NCBI GenBank assembly: GCA_964035545.1
Contig: OZ037772.1
Location: 186,001-250,000 of the forward strand
Direction: 5' to 3'
Source: Bugula neritina
Taxonomy: Eukaryota; Animalia; Bryozoa
Length of the DNA stretch: 64,000 bases
Below are positions 57,489-64,000 of the stretch, in pieces; position 1 is the first letter of the stretch, and each line of letters begins with the position of its first letter. The position numbers were made by a program, and so were the translations under genes. The notes beneath the pieces were generated by a model, which saw nothing but the letters and a program-made list of their open reading frames with translations, made no database searches and was not told the DNA's origin.

Positions 57489-60400
57489 GTAATCTATTGT
57501 TATCCTATTGCTCTACTTCAACTCCCTCTTGCCTAATTTTTAATTTAATTTGCCTTATTTGTGTTGAATTTCTTTAATTGGTAATAGTAATTGCACATTG
57601 TTATATATTATTGACATTGGTTAATGCAGAGCTGAACTATCTTAATGTCCTTATGTAGGGTGAAGTTGGTGCACCAGGAATCAATGGTAAAGATGGAGCT
57701 CCGGGTGCAACTGGTACTACTGGAGCTGATGGAAAGCCAGGTATACGCGGTGCTGTCGGTAGACAAGGACCTCGAGGTGCCATGGGAGACCGTGGTAAGA
57801 GAGGCAACCCAGGTAGACCCGGTCGACCAGGAGATGACGGAGCAGCCGGACCACCAGGTTTGTATATGTTTATATAACTTTAGTTATTATTTCAACTTAA
57901 TGGTTTTGTTTAGAATTAAGAATAAATTTCTTGTCAGTTGATTGGCTGATCTTTTATTGAATAGTTAATAATAGGCGGTCCTGTGATATCAAGTTGCTAT
58001 CATTTGATATAAATTTGTTATCATGTGATAAAGATAACATTTGTAGGAGCTCCTGGTGCCAACGGAAACGATGGCGCTCCAGGTTCAACTGGAGATCCCG
58101 GACCTCAGGGAAATCCCGGACCTGCTGGCCAAGATGGAGCTACTGGTGCCCAGGGTGCTCGCGGACCAGTAGGAGATCAAGGTTAGCTATATTATTTATT
58201 TTACTTAGTATTATATACTCTGTATTATATACTGTGTATTATATACTATGTATTATATACTGTGTATTATATACTGTGTATTGTATACTGTGTATTGTAT
58301 ACTGTGTATTATATACTATGTATTATATACTGTGTATTATATACTGTGTATTATATACTCTGTATTATATACTGTGTATTATATACTGTGTATTATATAC
58401 TGTGTATTATATACTGTGTATTGTATACTGTGTATTATATACTGTGTATTATATGCTGTGTATTATATACTGTGTATTATATACTGTGTATTATATACTC
58501 TGTATTATATACTGTGTATTATATGCTGTGTATTATATACTCTGTATTATATACTGTGTATTATATGCTGTGTATTATATACTCTGTATTATATACTGTG
58601 TATTATATGCTGTGTATTATATACTGTGTATTATATACTGTGTATTATATGCTGTGTATTATATACTCTGTATTATATACTCTGTATTATATGCTGTGTA
58701 TTATATACTGTGTATTATATGCTGTGTATTATATACTGTGTATTATATACTGTGTATTATATACTGTGTATTATATGCTGTGTATTATATACTCTGTATT
58801 ATATACTCTGTATTATATACTCTGTATTATATACTGTATACTATCTAATATAAAACTCATGCAAGTTTATAGTCACCATCCCTGTGAGAAACCTCTGGCG
58901 GAAGGGGTTTCCCACATTACCAATGACCAACGTGTCCGAACCCATGACTTCGTGCCTACTAGGCAAACGCTCGAACCCCTAGACCATGTCTGTTGTATAT
59001 TATATATTTACGTGGGTGTTAGCGTAAAGTTCTGTTTTGTAGGAGAACCTGGTGAAATTGGACCACAGGGACCAAGCGGGCGAGATGGAGAAGATGGAGC
59101 TCCTGGTTTACAGGTATTTTACAAACTATTCTGAAACTCATACTTCTATGGTTCATTGTTTATGTATTTTCCACCATGTTTTTACTAGAAGTAAACTTTA
59201 ATTCAGTAATAAGTTTAAAATAAATTGCTGTTTCGCATTGTACAGTTTATTATTGCCTGAATCTTGTAATAAGAATATTGACTGGCTTGACAATATCAGA
59301 GCAGCGACATGATTGGCTTAACAATACCAGAGCAGGGATTTGATTGGCTTAAAAATATCAGTGCAGGGGTGTTATTGGCTACTCTGTTCTATTCTGCAGG
59401 GCCCCAGAGGAAGTCGAGGAGAAATGGGGTTGCCCGGTGCTGTAGGAGATGCTGGAAGACCCGGACCTCAAGGTCCAATGGGAGAGCGCGGGCCAACTGG
59501 ACTCAGGGGGTTCCCCGGACCAGTCGGTGCTCCTGGTAATCCTGGCCTGCAAGGACCAAGGTTGGTAAATAGTATCTTCCTGGGGCTCACTGCTTGTGTG
59601 GGAGTTGTTTCCTCTGAAATATTTGGAAGTATCGCTTGAATTCCACGTCTCCCTGTATTTTCAGCTAGCTATGCCTACTTGTATTATTAGTTAGCCATGC
59701 CTACTTGCATTATGCTTTAATCTTGTTTTGTAGAGGACAGAAAGGGAGACTCGGTCCCAAAGGACAGCGGGGAACTGACGGAACTGATGGAGAGGAAGGT
59801 TTACCCGGTGTTGATGGCCTACCTGGTATACCCGGCAATCCCGGAGGTGCAGGAGAAAGAGGACCACCTGGTTTTCCAGGAGATACCGGAGTTCTTGGAG
59901 AACCAGGTAATGTTTATGATCAATTGAATTCAATCTGTCATTTTTATTATTTTATGTTTGTGTCGTGGGGAGGGAGAAAACTCTGTCTTGGAGAATTTTT
60001 GTTTCTTCAGAGAGCTTTGGATTAATTGATTATGGTCTACACAGGGGTGTAGACAAACTAAAAAACACAGGGGTGTAAACAGACTAAACTACACAGGGGT
60101 GTAAACAGACTAAACTACACTGGGGTGTAGACAGACTAAACCTAATACGAACGTATAACTACCCTGTGTCATGCTGTCATGACGTCTCTATTCTCTCCTA
60201 TAATATGACCTTTATTTAGCGAGCAGATTTCTAGCGGGCTATTCTATAGTGACCAGTCACACTGTTTATTATAGCAACATAGAAATCAAGTTGAAAACTA
60301 GTTGCACCTGTTGTGATGTTTTCATCTGGTGCTTACAGGTAGAGATGGAGCACCTGGACCACAGGGTTCACGAGGTGTTGAGGGACTACAAGGTCCACCC

Positions 60401-63400
60401 GGTATTGACGGACAAGACGGCTCTGACGGTGCACCTGGTGCCCCTGGAACTCAAGGAGAACCCGGGCCCGTTGGTAAATACTAAATGCTACTCTTTGTAT
60501 AACACAGGCTGTATTTGCTATGAGTTTCCTATCTCAACAACTCATCACTTCGCGTTAAACATTTCTACTCTCAGATACAATCTTGTTGTACAGGTAAACC
60601 CGGTGAAGATGGATTTGACGGAGAACCCGGACCTAAAGGTGCTGCTGGAGCTGCTGGTGAACCTGGTCCAGCTGGACCTCCAGGTCCTACTGGATTCCCT
60701 GGTCCACGAGGAAACACTGGCCCAGTTGGTCAACCAGGAGATGTCGGCCCTGTCGGTTTGAAGGGTGCTCGTGGAGAGGCTGGACCTAAAGGCCCAAGAG
60801 GTACGTTCAGCTTATGTAAACACATTTCATATACATGACTCTTCTATTAACTGCTAATAACTCAGTAGGTTTTCATTCCAAACATTATGAGCTGAGAATG
60901 TGACAAGAGGTGACCAAATATTACAGGACCAGCTGGTACTGACGGCTTTAGCGGAGAGCGTGGACCTAAAGGAGAGCCCGGTGCAACTGGAGTTACTGGA
61001 CCACCTGGTCTGCCCGGTCCTGCTGGTCTTGATGGAAAGCCTGGTGCACCAGGTGTTGATGGACAACCAGGACCAATGGGTATTTTAATCAATTGTTGTT
61101 ATTGATCTATATATTGCTGAATTACCTTGTCTACTGCTACCATCTTATATTCTGCTACCATCTTATCTTCTGCTACCATCTTATATTCTGCTACCATCTT
61201 ATCTTTTGCTACCATTTTATCTTCTGCTACCATCTTATCTTCTGTTACCACCTTATCTTCTGCTACCACCTTATCTTCTGCTACCATCTTATATTCTGCT
61301 ACCATCTTATCTTCTGCTACCATCTTATATTCTGCTACCATCTTATCTTTTGCTACCATTTTATCTTCTGCTACCATCTTATCTTCTGTTACCACCTTAT
61401 CTTCTGCTACCATCTTATCTTCTGCTACCACCTTATCTTCTGCTACCACCTTATCTTCTGCTATCACCTTACCTTCTGCTACCATCTTAAATTCTGCTAC
61501 CATCTTACCTTCTGCTACCACCTTATCTTCTACTTCCACCTTATCTTCTACTTCCACCTTACCTTCTGCTACCACCTTACCTTCTGCTACCATCTTGTCT
61601 TCTGCTACCATCTTATCCTCTGCTATCACCTTATCTTCTGTTACCATCTTATCTTCTGCTACCACCTTACCTTCTGCTACCACCTTACCTTCTGCTACCA
61701 TCTTGTCTTCTGCTACCATCTTATCCTCTGCTACCATCTTATCCTCTGCTACCACCTTATCTTCTGCTACCAATTTATCTTCTGCTACCATCTTTTCTTC
61801 TGCAGCCATCTTACCTTCTGCTACCACCTTATCCTCTGCTACCAATTTATCTTCTGCTACCGTCTTATCTTCTGCAGCCATCTTACCTTCTGCAGCGTCC
61901 TGTGTTCAGTTAGTAACATCTAACATTTGTTATTGCAAGTAAGTCACAGAAAATACATTCAAATTATTAAGTCATGTTCATAGTGTAAACACTTTGAATA
62001 AGCTTCCGTCAGTTTATAATCACTATCCCTGTGAGAACCCCTGATTGAAAGGTGCGTAAAGCGGGCTGAGGACTATTTTGTAATGTGCCACACGAGCAGT
62101 TATGACTGGGTGCTCTTCCCAACATCTTTGCTGGTGTTTTGACTCAACCTACTGCCCTCATGTTTCTTCAGTCAGCACTCTAGCTACTACACCATGCCTG
62201 ATTCCTGGAAACTCTGAATATGACTTAAATTTTGATTTCTACTATCGTCGCAGGTGCCATCGGTTTGGACGGACCTCGGGGTAAACAGGGAGAGCGCGGA
62301 CCACCCGGAGTTAGAGGAGAAATGGGCTTAGAAGGCAGAGTGGGACCTGAAGGCAAGCAGGTAATGACTTCTGGTGACCCCTGGTCATGACCTCTGTAAC
62401 TTTTGGCCATAGACCTCTACGTGTAGTTTAACAATTCAGTGTAACTCCACTTGCAGTGTCCTACACTGGGAAGTACATTTTCAAGAAGAGCGTAGAAGAT
62501 TTGTTCACAATATATAATTATATCTATATTTTTTTTTATATATCTATATAGATATATGAATATATCTATATAGATACATGATAATATATATATATATATT
62601 TTGTAATTATTTTTCTATTTCCTCATTTCCTATTGCTCAACGTGAAGTTGTGTGCCCTCTTTATTCCATGTTAAAAGACTTCATAAAATCGCCACATGAA
62701 ATATTTGAGTTGAAGTTTGATTTTCACAGGGAGAACGTGGACCAGATGGAGACCAAGGTCCTGTTGGCCCACCTGGACCCACTGGACCAAACGGTGCTCC
62801 TGGTAAAATGGGATATCAGGGTAAACAAGGAGAGCAAGGTCCTGCAGGTAAGAACGAGGAGTTACTCACTCTTGTTTGTGTATTTTGTTCCTTTTAGGTA
62901 TGCTATAATATTCTGGGGTTTCCCTCACATCTATGATATTTTCTGGGGTTTTCCTCACAGCTAGTCTGCACTAAGGCAGGGAGTAGGCTGAGTAATCATA
63001 TTGAATCCCAGCAGTGCTTGTTACTTCAACTGACAGGATTACTATGTATGATAGTTGCTCTGACTGGTTTTCATGGATCATTTTTACCATGCTGTTTGCC
63101 ACATGATGCATTGTCTAAGTAAAAACAAGGAAACAAAGAAATATACCAGGAGTGTTGAGAAATTTGTGTTCTGAAATTATTAAATGACCACTTGTAATGC
63201 ATACTGGTGTTGCTTGGTTCATAGGACCTGTCGGACAAGCTGGAGAACCCGGTCTGGATGGCAGAAATGGAAAGACAGGAGAAACTGGACCAGCTGGTAT
63301 GCCTGGTCCAACTGGCTCAAGGGGAGTCACAGGAGAACCCGGATCTGATGGAAGGTATTTGTTGTGTTTCACTTCGACCTATTCAGCTTCTTGGAACTTT

Positions 63401-63974
63401 TTATCTGATTTGGGTTTTATAATTTGTTATCAATTTTATTAGAGACGGTTTACCTGGAGTACCGGGTGCTGATGGTAGACCTGGGGAGCAGGGTGATCAA
63501 GGACCTCCTGGCCCCATGGGTCCAGTGGGAATCCCCGGTAACCAGGGACCTGAAGGTGCTCAAGGAGACAAGGGTGATAAGGCAGGAACATTCTTTATTC
63601 AGTTTTCTATTTATTTCAGTTCTCTGGTTTTCCACTAGTCAATCCTGTAGTTGTTTATTTGTTTTAGTTAATTTATGTTAATACTAGAGTTGCTTCAGTG
63701 ACCTCACATCATGTAATATATTACATAACAGTGCAGTATAATACACCATAATATAATATGTTACACAATACAATAATATTGCAGAAAATATTATTCAATA
63801 ATATCTCACAGCTAAGGTGTGTCTCCTAAATATATTCATTACTATAGGGACCAGCTGGGCCACAGGGTGCTTCTGGACCAACTGGATTGTCTGGACCAGC
63901 GGGTCCACGTGGGCCAACTGGTCCTCAGGGACCCCAGGGAGCTAAGGGAATTCCTGGCGAACAAGGACCTAAAG
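51985..63974 (+). CDS. Fibrillar collagen alpha chain; multi-exon, continues beyond the window
   Basis: Signal peptide [21 protein letters not shown] (exon 51985-52054); RVKR furin-type site (53061-53101); telopeptide-like exon 53591-53665; exons 53866-53916 and 54132-55067; then Gly-X-Y exons from 55611 with no interruption in those translated, including the cross-link motif GIKGHRG and an RGD. The COLFI end is inferred from the inverted duplicate. Confidence 0.93.
57436..57487. repeat. (CT)n microsatellite
   Basis: Seen directly. Confidence 0.95.
58208..58838. repeat. 14-bp minisatellite (tgtattatatactg)n in a collagen intron
   Basis: About 45 units. Confidence 0.95.
58868..58995 (-). mobile_element. 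tRNA-derived SINE-like element (internally shortened copy)
   Basis: Matches both ends of 8597-8793. Minus strand has tggtctaggggttcgagcg and gggttcggac boxes. Confidence 0.55.
61130..61897. repeat. 18-bp minisatellite (tctgctaccatcttatct)n in a collagen intron
   Basis: About 42 units between the donor at ~61080 and the acceptor at 62253. Confidence 0.95.
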
Positions 63975-64000
63975 GTATGAATTAAGTTGAACCAATCTTT

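Noticed and set aside
57994-59134. ORFs of 201-290 aa rich in Y/C/I/L
   Set aside because: Artefacts of a 14-bp minisatellite inside a collagen intron
61093-61942. Long ORFs (Ser/Thr-rich mucin-like, CYHLIF and AEDKMV repeats)
   Set aside because: Translations of an 18-bp intronic minisatellite that is open in several frames; the collagen exons splice around it in phase

Overview
AT-rich, intron-rich animal genomic DNA, probably from an invertebrate (the collagen looks spiralian-like; this is inference). Left to right: (1) a 4.67-kb Kolobok-type DNA transposon with imperfect TIRs, carrying a frameshifted, truncated THAP/transposase 5' part (+) and an intact convergent KolX / P2X7-ballast-like gene (-); (2) a ~1.7-kb dispersed repeat with a second direct copy at 41.7-43.4 kb; (3) an intron-containing valyl-tRNA synthetase (VARS1-type) pseudogene fragment; (4) an apparently intact 7-exon TRIM-like gene (RING, two B-boxes, coiled coil, beta-propeller; - strand, ~619 aa) with MITE-rich introns; (5) a decayed inverted duplicate of the 3' half of the neighbouring fibrillar collagen, fused downstream of Cys-rich repeat exons from another gene; (6) a C6orf136/DUF2358 homologue; (7) an intact fibrillar collagen that runs off the right edge. 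Its N-terminus holds an unusual ~330-aa phase-0 cassette with a repeated helical motif between the telopeptide-like segment and the triple helix. LINE, Penelope, hAT and SINE remnants and many minisatellites are also present. All exon structures were assembled by hand from GT/AG signals and reading phase; no searches were run.
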